DNA from: a virus
Lineage: Duplodnaviria > Caudoviricetes
DNA: 64,000 nt
Direction: 5' to 3' (one strand)
Virus record (IMG/VR): IMGVR_UViG_2558309062_000001
Span: 1-64,000 of that record
The notes below the pieces were generated by a model that had not been told where the DNA came from, made no database searches, and saw only the letters and a list, made by a program, of their open reading frames with translations. A program made the translations under genes and the position numbers. Positions 26,596 to 37,082 of this stretch are shown here, piece after piece. Each line of letters starts with the position of its first letter. The first letter of the stretch is position 1.

Positions 26596-27321
26596 ATGTC
26601 GATTTTGACCCAAGGCACCCAGGTTTTTGCCCTGATGCCACCCCTCACCGGCACCGGCCCTTCGACCGTTGTTGAGGTCGAATGCGCCACCGCTTTCAAC
26701 CCTGGCGGCTCGCCGGCGGAGCAGATCGAGGACACCTGCCTCAGCTCCACCTCCCGTACCTACAAGAAGGGCCTGCGCACGCCGGGCCAGGCCTCGCTCA
26801 CCATCAACGCCGACCCGAACAGCGCGAGTCATGTCCGCCTTCACCAGCTGTCCGAGGCCGACGGCGACACCACCATCAAGTGGGCGGTTGGCTGGTCGGA
26901 CGGCACTGCTGTGCCGACCGTGGCTGCCGCCGGAAGCCTGGACGCGATCACCGTCACCAGCGGTGGCAGTGGCTACACCAGTGCCCCTACCGTGACTCTC
27001 ACCGGCGGCGGTGGCAGCGGCGCGACCGCCGTGGCCGTGCTGGAGGATGACGAGGTGGTGGCGATCAACATCACCAACCCTGGCACCGGCTACACCAGCG
27101 CGCCCACTGTGGGCTTTACCGGCGGAGCCGGCTCCGGGGCTGCGGCCACTGCCGCCGTCAACCTGGAAGAAGACTTCGTCCTGCCGCCATCGCGCACTTG
27201 GTTCGTGTTCGAGGGCTACGTCGCCGACTTCCCGTTCGACTTCGCCGCCAACGCCGTGGTCAGCACCGCGGTCTCCATCCAGCGTTCGGGCGGTAGCGCC
27301 TGGATCAAAAAATCTGCCTGA
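26596..27321 (+). CDS. Major tail tube protein with an internal repeat insertion
   Basis: MSILTQGT...IEDTCL...GLRTPG...[15 protein letters not shown]. Confidence 0.9.
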   Translation: MSILTQGTQVFALMPPLTGTGPSTVVEVECATAFNPGGSPAEQIEDTCLSSTSRTYKKGLRTPGQASLTINADPNSASHVRLHQLSEADGDTTIKWAVGWSDGTAVPTVAAAGSLDAITVTSGGSGYTSAPTVTLTGGGGSGATAVAVLEDDEVVAINITNPGTGYTSAPTVGFTGGAGSGAAATAAVNLEEDFVLPPSRTWFVFEGYVADFPFDFAANAVVSTAVSIQRSGGSAWIKKSA

Positions 27322-27329
27322 GGTAGCCA

Positions 27330-28018
27330 ATGAAGCTCAACATCGACAGCCTGCGCCAAGCGGGTGCCTTCACCGGCCGCCCCGTTGAGAAGGAGATCAG
27401 CTGGCGCCAAGGCGATGACACCCTGACGGCGACGGTGTTCGTTCGCCCGCTGGGCTACCAGACCGCTGTAAGCGACGTGCTCGCCGCTGGCGGCAAGCAG
27501 GACAGCATCGCCGGGCGCATCGCCGCCGCCATTTGCGATGAAGAAGGCAACCCGGTGTTCACCGCCATGGATATCACGCATGGCCCGCTTGATCCCGCCG
27601 AACTGGCGAAGGACCGCGACAGCACCAAGCGCCTGGGCGCCCTGGACGGCAATCTCACTGTTGCCCTACTCACGGCTATCCATGAGGTGAACAATCTGGG
27701 AAAGATGTCGAACTCAGCGAGCTCGACGAACTCTGGCACGAGCTCGTCCTCGCCGGCGTCGGCGGGCGCACGATCGCGCAAGCCCAAGAAGCCCTGAGCC
27801 TGCGCGAATTTCACTCTTGGGTGAAATACAGGAATCGCCGTGGCTCTCTCCACGTAGGTATGCGCGTGGAGCGGGCGGCGGCGCTCCTGGCGTCGATTCT
27901 GGCCAACCAAGGGCGCAACGCCAAGCTGAGGCCGGAGCCGTTCACCCCGGCTGATTTCTGCCCTCATGACGATCGCCAGGCGCCAAGTCTTGAGCAGGCC
28001 ATGGAGGAATGGTCCTGA
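27330..28018 (+). CDS. Tail assembly chaperone G (27330..27797) and -1 frameshift product G-T (to 28018)
   Basis: GGGAAAG at 27698..27704; -1 frame open as DELWHELVLAGVGGRTIAQAQE...YRNRRGSL. Confidence 0.88.
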
Positions 28019-28084
28019 CTATGGCTCTTTGGCATGAGGCTGCCGGATGTTAGATTGCCCAATTTGCATGGAAGGCGACTAGCC

Positions 28085-28438
28085 ATGGCAGCTGATGTGA
28101 ACACCTACATGGGAATCGGCACGGCGGTAACCGCGGCACTGTTCTATTTTCCTCCAACGATAGTTGCGTGGATCAGGCAGCATCCGAACCGCGTTTCGAT
28201 TTTTCTTCTCAACCTGCTGCTTGGATGGACGGTGATTGGGTGGTTCGTTGCCCTTATATGGTCGGCGTCTGCAATTCGTCGATACCCTCTACCTGACACC
28301 GTCAAAGCGCCGGAGCGGCCAGCGTCGGAGAACGATAGCTATCGGCGACTGGAGCAGTTGGCCGACCTGAAAGAGCGCGGCCATCTAACCCAAGAAGAAT
28401 TCGACGAGGAAAAGCAGAGAGTTCTAAAGGGTAGGTAG
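28085..28438 (+). CDS. Superinfection immunity protein (T4 Imm-like) with C-terminal SHOCT-like domain
   Basis: YFPPTIVA..R.H.N...IFLLNLLLGWTVIGWFVALIWS; LEQLADLKERGHLTQEEFDEEKQRVL. Confidence 0.85.
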   Translation: MAADVNTYMGIGTAVTAALFYFPPTIVAWIRQHPNRVSIFLLNLLLGWTVIGWFVALIWSASAIRRYPLPDTVKAPERPASENDSYRRLEQLADLKERGHLTQEEFDEEKQRVLKGR

Positions 28439-28451
28439 CCAGACAAGCAAC

Positions 28452-28477
28452 GAGCCCGCTTTCGCGGGCTTTTTTTC
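28452..28477 (+). terminator. Terminator of the imm moron
   Basis: AGCCCGC-TTTC-GCGGGCT followed by a T-run. Confidence 0.8.
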
Positions 28478-28491
28478 GCCTGGAGGAAAGC

Positions 28492-31047
28492 ATGGCGAGC
28501 CGTTCTCTTGGCACATTGACTCTCGACTTGATCGCGAGGATTGGCGGCTTTACCGGCCCTATGGACAAGGCCGGTCGCGAAACTCAGAAGCAGATGGCGG
28601 AAATCCGAAAGCATGCCGAGCGCCTGGGTACGGCTTTGGGTGCATCTTTCGCTGCTATCCCAGCTGTCGTGGCCGGCCTGGTCACCAGCTCGGCTGCGGC
28701 CGCCAAAGAGATATCAAATCTGTCCGCTCTCGCTGGTCTCAGCACAACTGAGTTCCAGAGATACGCCGCCGCTGCAGCTTCGGTTGGCGTTCAGCAGGAC
28801 AAGCTTTCGGACATTTTCAAGGACACCAACGACAAAGTCGGAGACTTTCTTGCCACTGGCGGGGGTGAGCTGAAGAATTTCTTCGAGACGGTGGCCCCTA
28901 AGGTTGGCGTTACTGCGGAGCAGTTCCGTAAGCTGAACAGCGCGGATGCGCTACAGCTGTACGTCAGCAGTCTACAAAAAGCGAACGTCAGCCAGGCGCA
29001 GATGACCTTCTTCATGGAGGCAATTGCTGACGAGGCTACGGCTTTGGTTCCGCTCTTGGCCGATGGGGGGAAAAAATTCAAAGAGCTTGGTGATGCCGCG
29101 CAGTCTGCCGGCATGATCATGGACGAGCAGACGATCGGTGCCGCTCAACAGTTTAGCACTGAGCTGACTGTTATTAGCCAGTATGCCGGTTCGGCTAAGA
29201 CCGCTCTGGCTGCTGAGTTCATGCCCGTGTTGGCACAGCTGGCAAAAGATCTGGCTGACACGTCCAGAGAGGCTGGCGGACTGAGGAATGTGGTGCATGA
29301 GTTCGCCGAAGACTTAATCGAGGTCACGGCAATCACTGCGAGCGTTGCCGATGGCACAAGCCGAGCTTTCACCATCGTTGCCGGGACAATCGCCAGTGGG
29401 TTTGCCACGACGATGGCGTATCTGCAAAGTATTGGTGCAACAGCCAATACTCTGCTTGGCGCCGTCACGTTTGGCGATATGTCGAAGGATTTCAAGGAAA
29501 ACGCGGCGAAGCTGACAGCTGACGCAATTGACAACTCCAGAACTGCGGGCCTGATCGCTGCAGAACTGGCTGATGAGTTCAAGAAACCGTGGTCTGGCGA
29601 CGTAATCCGTGAGTATGTGAAGGAGGCGCGGAAGGCGGCATCCGACCTGCCCAAGATCGTGCCGACCGGCAATGGAAACGCTGGAATTCTCGGTGAAACC
29701 GATGCACAGAAGGCCGCTGCCAAGGCGGCCGAGGCCGCAGCCAAGAAGCTGAATCAAGTTTTCGAGACGACGGAGCAGGGCTATGAGCGTCAAATAGCCC
29801 TGATCAACACTGAGGTCGACAAGCGCAAGGACGCCACTGAGGTGGCGAAGCTTCAGTTCGAGCTGGAATCCGGGAAGCTGCACGACCTGAGCGCCCAGCA
29901 GCAGGACCGGCTGAAAGGCCTGGCCGCCGAGCTCGACCAGCTTAAGCAGATCAAGCAGCAGAACGAGGATGCCAAGAAGCTTGCCGCCTTCAGGGCCAAC
30001 GTGGGCGAGGACTACCAGACCGCACGCAGCGGGTTCGACCAGGAGTTGGCCGGCGCCGGTCGCGGCGAAAAGTACAAGGAGCGGCTGAAAGAGCGCCTGG
30101 CGATCGAGGAAGACTTCAATCGCCAGCAGCGCGAACTGGTGCTGCAGCGCAATAGCGGCGACATCAGTCAGGAGCTGTACGACCAGGAAACGCAGGTGCT
30201 GAGCGATGCTCTTGCCCAACACCTGGACCTACAGAATGACTACTACAGCCGGCTCGATGAGGCGCAAGCCAACTGGATGGACGGCGTCACCAGCGCCTGG
30301 GAGAACTTCGCCGACGCTGCGACCAACTACTCGGCCATGGCCGCCGAGGGAACCACCTCGGTTCTGGGCAGTGCGAAGAGTGAGCTGAGCACGTTCCTCT
30401 CCGATGTGGCCACCGGCTCCGCAGATGCGGGGGATGCGCTGATGGACATGATCACCGGCTTCGGCAAGGCCTTCGTGGGCGCGCTTGCAGACATGGCGGC
30501 TCAATGGCTGGTGTACCAGGCTGTGCAACTGCTGGTGGGCAAGACGACGCAATCGAGCGCGGGCATTGCCATGGTGGCCAATGCTCAGGCGACGGCGTTC
30601 CAGGCTAGCCTTGCCGCCTTCGCGTCGACTGCAGCCATCCCGATAGTCGGTCCAGCAGCAGCGCCTGCAGCAGCTGCAGCGGCGGCCGCAGCGACAGCTC
30701 CTATGGTCGCTGGCGTGGCCTCCGCCGCGCTGACGGGGATGGCTCACGGCGGTTATGAAAACATCCCCCGAGAAGGCACCTGGCTGCTCGACGGTGGTGA
30801 GCGGGTGCTCGCTCCCAACCAGAACCGCGACCTGACCCAGTACCTGCGCAATGCGAACGATGCTGGCGGTGGTCTCGGGGGCGGAGGCATCACGATCAAC
30901 GCACCGATCACCGTTCAGGCCCAGCCGGGTGTGAGCGACGAAGCGGCGCGCCGTCAGGGTGAAATGATGGGGCAAGCGTTCAGGCAAACCATCCGCGAAG
31001 TAGTAAACGAAGAGTTCGCCCAGGGCGGATCGATGTGGAGGCGGTAA
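28492..31047 (+). CDS. Tail tape measure protein
   Basis: 851 aa, Ala-rich helical; MASRSLGTLTLDL; C-terminal AHGG..NIPREGTWLLDGGERV. Confidence 0.93.
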   Translation: MASRSLGTLTLDLIARIGGFTGPMDKAGRETQKQMAEIRKHAERLGTALGASFAAIPAVVAGLVTSSAAAAKEISNLSALAGLSTTEFQRYAAAAASVGVQQDKLSDIFKDTNDKVGDFLATGGGELKNFFETVAPKVGVTAEQFRKLNSADALQLYVSSLQKANVSQAQMTFFMEAIADEATALVPLLADGGKKFKELGDAAQSAGMIMDEQTIGAAQQFSTELTVISQYAGSAKTALAAEFMPVLAQLAKDLADTSREAGGLRNVVHEFAEDLIEVTAITASVADGTSRAFTIVAGTIASGFATTMAYLQSIGATANTLLGAVTFGDMSKDFKENAAKLTADAIDNSRTAGLIAAELADEFKKPWSGDVIREYVKEARKAASDLPKIVPTGNGNAGILGETDAQKAAAKAAEAAAKKLNQVFETTEQGYERQIALINTEVDKRKDATEVAKLQFELESGKLHDLSAQQQDRLKGLAAELDQLKQIKQQNEDAKKLAAFRANVGEDYQTARSGFDQELAGAGRGEKYKERLKERLAIEEDFNRQQRELVLQRNSGDISQELYDQETQVLSDALAQHLDLQNDYYSRLDEAQANWMDGVTSAWENFADAATNYSAMAAEGTTSVLGSAKSELSTFLSDVATGSADAGDALMDMITGFGKAFVGALADMAAQWLVYQAVQLLVGKTTQSSAGIAMVANAQATAFQASLAAFASTAAIPIVGPAAAPAAAAAAAAATAPMVAGVASAALTGMAHGGYENIPREGTWLLDGGERVLAPNQNRDLTQYLRNANDAGGGLGGGGITINAPITVQAQPGVSDEAARRQGEMMGQAFRQTIREVVNEEFAQGGSMWRR

Positions 31048-31394
31048 TGGCGGAGACATTCAGCTTCTGCACCCGTGTCGGCGCGTCCGGTGATATCACG
31101 CACCGGACCTGGGAGAACGAGTTCGGCGACGGCTATGTCCAGTCGGGCGGCACCGGGATCAACGGCAAGTCGCAGGAATGGTCGCACCAAGCGACCGGCA
31201 GTCTGGAGGTGGGTGAGGAGTTGCGCCTGATGCGCGACTTCCTCGACCGCCACGAAGGCTATAAGTCGTTTCTCTGGACGCCGCCTGGCGGCACCCAGGG
31301 CCGGTACAAGGTCAAGGACTACAAGCTCGACCCGTTGGGCGCCGGCCTATTCAAGATCAGTTTCACGATGAAGCAGGTCTTCACTCCTTACTGA
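31047..31394 (+). CDS. Minor tail protein M-like
   Basis: FGDGYVQ...GING...FLDRHEGYKSFLWTPP. Confidence 0.9.
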   Translation: MAETFSFCTRVGASGDITHRTWENEFGDGYVQSGGTGINGKSQEWSHQATGSLEVGEELRLMRDFLDRHEGYKSFLWTPPGGTQGRYKVKDYKLDPLGAGLFKISFTMKQVFTPY

Positions 31395-31431
31395 ACCCGC
31401 CATCGCGGGGTTTCCTTTTTCTGAGGCCTCC

Positions 31432-32133
31432 ATGACTTTCGAGACCGATATCCAGAAGCTTGAGCCGGGCAACCAGATCCGGCTGTACGAGGTGGACGCC
31501 ACCCGCCTGGGTGGAAACGTCATGCGCTTCCATGGTCACGCCCAGGAAGGCGACATTATCTGGCAAGGCCAGCTGTACGAACCGATCCAGATCGAGGCCA
31601 AGGGCTTCGACATCCGCGGTGACGGCAGGCCGGCCGCGCCAACCCTGCAACTGGTCAACGAAATCGGCGGCGTGCGCGGTGCGGTATCGGCGCTATGCCT
31701 GGCCCTCAAGGACCTGGCTGGCGCCCGGGTGAAGGTCATCGAGACCTTCCGGCACTTCCTTGATGCCGCCAACTTCCCGGATGGCAACCCCAACGCCGCC
31801 AACCAGGCGAGGGTAAACCTCTGGTTTATCGAGCAGAAGACCGAGGAAGACCGCGAACAGGTGTCTTTCCAGCTGTCGAGCCCACTCGACCTGGGCGGTG
31901 TGCAGCTGCCCAGTCAGCAGATCACCAAGCTGTGTCGCTGGGCTACGCGCAATGGGTACCGCGGTGAGGCCTGTGCCTATTCCGGCGCCGCAATGTTCAC
32001 CAAGCAGAACGAGCCAACCGACAACCCTGCGCTCGACCGCTGCGCTGGCCGCTGGAACAGCTGCAAGTTGCGCGGCAATACCCGCCGTTTCGGCGGCTCA
32101 ATGGGCGCAAGCCTGATCGCCAGCTCGAGGTAA
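31432..32133 (+). CDS. Minor tail protein L-like
   Basis: IQKLEPG...LFHxxP-like, C.W...YRGEAC.Y, C..R...CKLR. Confidence 0.9.
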   Translation: MTFETDIQKLEPGNQIRLYEVDATRLGGNVMRFHGHAQEGDIIWQGQLYEPIQIEAKGFDIRGDGRPAAPTLQLVNEIGGVRGAVSALCLALKDLAGARVKVIETFRHFLDAANFPDGNPNAANQARVNLWFIEQKTEEDREQVSFQLSSPLDLGGVQLPSQQITKLCRWATRNGYRGEACAYSGAAMFTKQNEPTDNPALDRCAGRWNSCKLRGNTRRFGGSMGASLIASSR

Positions 32134-32135
32134 TC

Positions 32136-32918
32136 ATGCGCATCAACCAACAACTGCAGGTCGCGATTCGCGAGCATGCCGAGCGCGAGCACCCGTCCGA
32201 AGCGTGCGGCGTGCTGATCAAGACGGCCACCGGCCGGGAGTATGTTCCGTGCCGCAACCTGGCCAGGACGCCGCGCGACCAGTTCACTCTGCACCATGAA
32301 GACCTGGCCAACGCCGAGGACCGTGGCGAGCTGCTGGCAATCATTCATAGCCACCCTGACGCGACACCGCGCCCGAGCATGGCCGACCGCGTCAGCTGTG
32401 AGCTGCACGAGGTTCCATGGGGCATCGTGGCATGGCCTGGGGGCGATATGGAGTGGTTCAAGCCGTCCGGCTATACCGCGCCGTTGCTGGGGCGTGAGTT
32501 CTCGCACGGCCTGCTCGACTGTTGGGGCGCCTGCCGAGACTGGTACGCCCGCGAGGCCGGCCTGCAACTGCCGAACTTCGAGCGCAAGGATCTGTGGTGG
32601 GAGGACGCCGACGGTCCTAGCCTGTACGAGGATAACTTCAAGGTCGCCGGCTTCTACCAGGTCAACGAGCCGCGCCGCGGCGACATGCTCGTGTTCATAG
32701 TCCCGTCACCTGGGCGCCCGTGCTTCCACCCGAACCACGCCGCGATTTACCTCGGCAACGAGCCCGCCCTGGTCAGCGAGGATGCCCCGGCGCTGGGCGG
32801 CGCAGGGCCATTCATCTACCACCATATGGCCGGCCGCGCCTCGACCCGCGATATCTATGGTTGGTCGATGGCCAACCGTTGCCGCCTGATCCTCCGGCAT
32901 AAGGAGTACCAGCCATGA
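32136..32918 (+). CDS. Tail assembly protein K-like (JAB plus NlpC/P60)
   Basis: EACG, HSHPD, DCW, NHAAIY. Confidence 0.9.
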   Translation: MRINQQLQVAIREHAEREHPSEACGVLIKTATGREYVPCRNLARTPRDQFTLHHEDLANAEDRGELLAIIHSHPDATPRPSMADRVSCELHEVPWGIVAWPGGDMEWFKPSGYTAPLLGREFSHGLLDCWGACRDWYAREAGLQLPNFERKDLWWEDADGPSLYEDNFKVAGFYQVNEPRRGDMLVFIVPSPGRPCFHPNHAAIYLGNEPALVSEDAPALGGAGPFIYHHMAGRASTRDIYGWSMANRCRLILRHKEYQP

Positions 32919-33499
32919 AGCGCACGGTGAAGCTCTACGGTGTGCTCCGCAAACACTTCGGTCGCGAGTACCTGCTGGACGTGCAAAGCCCAAGGGACGC
33001 TGTGCAGGCGCTGTGCATCCTGGTGCCAGGTTTCGAGAAGTTCCTGGCCACCGGCGAAGAGCGCGGCCTGGTCTTCACGGTGTTCTCTGGTCGCCGCAAC
33101 CTGGCGCCAGAGGAGCTGGACCTGCAGGGCAATGACGCCGAGGAGATCCGCATCGCGCCGATCATCCAGGGCAGCAAGCAGGGCGGACTGTTCCAGGTGG
33201 TGCTCGGCGCCGTGCTGGTGGTCGCCGGCGTATTCACCGGCGGCCTTTCTTCTGGCGTGGGTATCGCGCTGATGGCCGGTGGTGCTGCCCTGGCGTTGGG
33301 TGGTGTGGTGCAGATGCTTTCGCCAACGGCCAAGACCGGCAGCCTGGACCGCAACGAGGACGGCAACAACCCCAGCTATGGCTTCGGCTCGGCTGTGACC
33401 ACCATCGCCCAGGGAAACCCTTATCCAGTCCTGTACGGCGAACGGGAAATCGGTGGCGCCATCGAATCCGGCGGGGTTTACCCACAAGACAAGCTGTAA
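32915..33499 (+). CDS. Tail assembly protein I-like
   Basis: VKLYG.LRK.FGR...GNPYPVLYGE. Confidence 0.9.
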   Translation: MKRTVKLYGVLRKHFGREYLLDVQSPRDAVQALCILVPGFEKFLATGEERGLVFTVFSGRRNLAPEELDLQGNDAEEIRIAPIIQGSKQGGLFQVVLGAVLVVAGVFTGGLSSGVGIALMAGGAALALGGVVQMLSPTAKTGSLDRNEDGNNPSYGFGSAVTTIAQGNPYPVLYGEREIGGAIESGGVYPQDKL

Positions 33500-33514
33500 C
33501 CAATTGAACTACCT

Positions 33515-33538
33515 GACCTGCTGCGGCAGGTTTTTTTT
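33515..33538 (+). terminator. Intrinsic terminator
   Basis: ACCTGC/GCAGGT followed by a T-run. Confidence 0.7.
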
Positions 33539-33554
33539 GTATCTGGAGGAATGA

Positions 33555-36500
33555 ATGGGTGCAGAAGTGATTCGCAAGGCCCCGGCCAAGCAGTCGCCAC
33601 GCCGCCAGGTCGTAGGTCTTAAGGGCGGTAGCAAGAAGCCGAAGCAGCCCAGCATTGCCTCGAACAGCGTGCCGTCGATTTCCACGGCGCGCCTGGTCTA
33701 CCTCTGGAGCTGGGGGCCTATCGTCGGACCTGTAAACGGCCTGCGCTCGGTCAAGCTCGACGGAACGCCGATCATGGCCGAGGACGGTACGATCAACTAC
33801 CCCGGCGTGAAGTGGCAGTTCCGCTCTGGCGAGTTGCACCAAGAGCGCCTGGCCGGGGTGACCGAGTCGAGCAATGAGATCCAGGTCGGGCAGGAATTGC
33901 GCACCACCGCGCCCTGGGTTCACTCGATCAACAACCCCGTGATCGATGCCGTTCGAGTGCGGTTCTCCTGGCCTGTGTTGCAGGCCCAGGACAGCGGCGG
34001 GAACATCAACGGCGTGCACATCGACTATGCGATTGACGTGGCCACGGATGGCGGTTCGTACCAACAGGTGCTGACCTCGAGCGTGGACCGCAAGAACGTC
34101 ACCAAATACGAACGGTCGCACCGTATCGAGCTGCCTGATGGGGCGCGCTGGACGATCCGTGCCCGTCGCCTGACGCCGGAGGCCAACAGTTCGCTGGTGC
34201 AGGATGCCATGATTGTTGAAGCGGTCGCCGAGGTGGTCGATAGCGATCAGGAATACCCACTCACGGCGGTCGGTTGCGTGGAATACGACGCCCAGCAATT
34301 CGGCGGTGACTTCCCTAAGATCGCTGTTCTGATGCGCGGTCGTATTGTTCGGGTGCCGATGAACTACGATCCCGAGACCCGCACCTATGCCACCTCCGGC
34401 GCCGGTACCACCAACGGGGTGTGGAATGGGACGTTCAAACAGGCCTATACCAATAACCCGGCGTGGGTGTTCTACGACCTAGCCCTGCATCCGTACTACG
34501 GTCTCGGTGACCGCATCGACGCGTCGATGATAAATCGCTGGTCGCTATATCGTATTGCGCAGTGGTGCGACCAACTGGTACCGGATGGGAAGGGTGGCCA
34601 AGAACCGCGCTTTACCTGCAACCTGTACCTGCAGAAGCAGGCTGAGGCCTGGGCGGTGCTGCAGGACCTAGCTGCGATCTTCCACGGTCTGGCCTACTGG
34701 GACGGTAGCCAGATCGCGGTAAACGCCGACATGCCGCAAGATCCACTTTATACCTACACCACTTCCCAGATCCTTGGTGATGGTGTGGTCAAGTACTCGG
34801 GCAGCAAATGGCGCGACCGTCATAGCCTGGCCATGGTCTCGTTCGACGATCCCGAGCAGGGCTTTGAGACCGATAAGGAGCCGGTATTCGATGAGGACGC
34901 CATGGCTGAGTACGGTGTCCGCGACGTTTCTGTTGAGGCCGTTGGCTGCACCAGCCGAGGTCAGGCCCAGCGCGCCGGGAAATGGGCCTTGCTGACAGAG
35001 CAACTGCAGATTCGCGGCGCGACGATCAACGTAGGCCTCGACGGCTACATCCCGAAGCCCGGCACGGTGATCGCGCTGTCCGATCCGATGCTGGCAGGCA
35101 GGGCCAACGGAGGTCGGATTGCTGCTGTCACTGGGCGTGTCGTGACACTCGACCGTGACATCGAAGTTCCCGCGGGCGCTCGTCTGCTAGTTAACCTGCC
35201 CAGCGGAAAGGCCGAGGCACGGCAAGTTCGTTCGGTGAGCGGGCGGCAGATCACTGTCATGGCCGACTACAGCGAGGTCCCGCAGCCCGAATGCGGCTGG
35301 GCGATCGACTACGACGATCTCAAACTGATGCAGTTCTACGTTCGCAACGTGACGCGCCCGGAATGGACCCGGTTCCAACTTGATCTTATCCAGCACGAGC
35401 CTAGTAAGTTCGACGCCATCGATCACGGAACCATGATTGATGATAGGCCGATCAGCGTGTTGCCGCCCGGCATTCAGGACGCACCAGCGCGTGTACTGAT
35501 CAGTAGTCACTCATCTGTTGACCAAGGAATATCGGTTACCACGATGACCATCGGCTGGGATGCTGCGCCAGGCGCCGTGGCCTATGACGTGGAATGGCGC
35601 TGGGGTTCTCGCGATTGGATCAAGGTACCCCGCACAGGTGAGTTGGCAGTTGATGTGCGCGGCGTCTATGCCGGCCAGTACCTGGCTCGCGTCCGAGCAG
35701 TAAACGCGATGGATGTGTCGTCTATACCGACTGTGTCAATGCTCACCGATGTCCTGGGCAAAACCACGCCGCCGCCTGCGATTACGCATCTCACGGCCAC
35801 CTCGATTGTCTTTGGCATTGCGCTCAAGTGGGGCTTCCCCGCTGATGCAGAGGATACCCAGCGCACTGAGGTCTGGTATGGCCAGGCCAACGACTTGGAG
35901 CTGGCCACGAAACTGGCCGACGTGGCGTATCCGCAGAGCGAGTACGTAATGCAGGGCCTGGCGGCTGGCGCGCGGTTCTTCTACTGGGCGCGCCTGGTTG
36001 ACCGTATCGGTAACATTGGGCCGTGGTATCCGGTGGGCGGCGGGGTGCTTGGCGTATCCGAGACAGACCCTGGCCCAATCCTGGAGATGATCAGTGGCCA
36101 GATCGACGAGTCGATGCTGGGCGAAGCGCTCAAGGAGAAGATCGACGGCCTGCAGGAGCAAATCGATGCGCTGGACGGCCTCAAGGCCTACGACCCATCA
36201 CTGGCTTACGAGTCGGGCGAGATGGTCGTTGTCGATGGCCGGATCTACCAGGCTACGCACGACGTGCCAGCCGATCCAGAGGGCGGCAACGCGCCGCCGA
36301 ACGTGTCGTACTGGGTCGATGTCGGCCAGTCGCTGGAGACGGCCAACGGCCTGGCTCAGCAGGTCAGCACCAACACGACCAAGATTGCTGAGGTAGACGG
36401 CAAGGCGACGGTGGCTGCCGAAAGCCAGCAGGTGCTGAGGGCTTCGTATCGCGACGATAGCGTCGAAGGTGACCTCGCGGCCGCCGTCAACCAGTGGCAA

Positions 36501-37082
36501 TCGACTGCAACTTTTGCCTCGGAAGTGAAAGCCACCGCGACGCGAGAGGAGGCGATCGTTAAGAAAACCGAGACGCTTGAAGCCTCGATCGGCCAGACGA
36601 ATGCGACGGTTCAGACCGTTAGCCAGGCCCAAGCAGACCTCGATGGCAAGGCCAGCACGATGTGGGCGGTCAAGATGCAGCTCAACGCTCAGGGCCAGTA
36701 CGTCGCTGCGGGGATTGGCCTCGGCATCGAGAATGGCCCAGCCGGTCTACAGAGCCAGTTCTTGGTCTCGGCGGATCGCTTCGCTGTGGTCAATGGGGTG
36801 AACGGCACGCTGTCTTCGCCGTTCGTGGTCCAGAACGGGCAGGTCTATATCAACCAGGCGTTCATCAACACCGCTTACATCCAGAACATCATCCTGTCGA
36901 TGACACTGAGGTCTCAGGCCACCGACTCATCAGGGCGCCCACTGATTGAGCTGAACATGGCAACCGGGGCTTTCAATCTGCGCGGGCAGGGCAGTGACGG
37001 CAGCTTGGCGATCAACAACAACGGCGTGTACGTCTACGACGCCAGCAGCATCGAACGCGGCGCCCTGGGGAGGCTGACCTGA
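33555..37082 (+). CDS. Tail tip / central fibre protein J-like
   Basis: 1175 aa; TNNPAW, EPRFTCN, GCTSRGQAQRAG, FN3 region, SQFLVSADRFAV. Confidence 0.93.
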   Translation: MGAEVIRKAPAKQSPRRQVVGLKGGSKKPKQPSIASNSVPSISTARLVYLWSWGPIVGPVNGLRSVKLDGTPIMAEDGTINYPGVKWQFRSGELHQERLAGVTESSNEIQVGQELRTTAPWVHSINNPVIDAVRVRFSWPVLQAQDSGGNINGVHIDYAIDVATDGGSYQQVLTSSVDRKNVTKYERSHRIELPDGARWTIRARRLTPEANSSLVQDAMIVEAVAEVVDSDQEYPLTAVGCVEYDAQQFGGDFPKIAVLMRGRIVRVPMNYDPETRTYATSGAGTTNGVWNGTFKQAYTNNPAWVFYDLALHPYYGLGDRIDASMINRWSLYRIAQWCDQLVPDGKGGQEPRFTCNLYLQKQAEAWAVLQDLAAIFHGLAYWDGSQIAVNADMPQDPLYTYTTSQILGDGVVKYSGSKWRDRHSLAMVSFDDPEQGFETDKEPVFDEDAMAEYGVRDVSVEAVGCTSRGQAQRAGKWALLTEQLQIRGATINVGLDGYIPKPGTVIALSDPMLAGRANGGRIAAVTGRVVTLDRDIEVPAGARLLVNLPSGKAEARQVRSVSGRQITVMADYSEVPQPECGWAIDYDDLKLMQFYVRNVTRPEWTRFQLDLIQHEPSKFDAIDHGTMIDDRPISVLPPGIQDAPARVLISSHSSVDQGISVTTMTIGWDAAPGAVAYDVEWRWGSRDWIKVPRTGELAVDVRGVYAGQYLARVRAVNAMDVSSIPTVSMLTDVLGKTTPPPAITHLTATSIVFGIALKWGFPADAEDTQRTEVWYGQANDLELATKLADVAYPQSEYVMQGLAAGARFFYWARLVDRIGNIGPWYPVGGGVLGVSETDPGPILEMISGQIDESMLGEALKEKIDGLQEQIDALDGLKAYDPSLAYESGEMVVVDGRIYQATHDVPADPEGGNAPPNVSYWVDVGQSLETANGLAQQVSTNTTKIAEVDGKATVAAESQQVLRASYRDDSVEGDLAAAVNQWQSTATFASEVKATATREEAIVKKTETLEASIGQTNATVQTVSQAQADLDGKASTMWAVKMQLNAQGQYVAAGIGLGIENGPAGLQSQFLVSADRFAVVNGVNGTLSSPFVVQNGQVYINQAFINTAYIQNIILSMTLRSQATDSSGRPLIELNMATGAFNLRGQGSDGSLAINNNGVYVYDASSIERGALGRLT

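Noticed and set aside
30650-30735. GCA/GCG-rich repeat as a separate element
   Set aside because: Encodes the poly-Ala stretch of the tape measure protein
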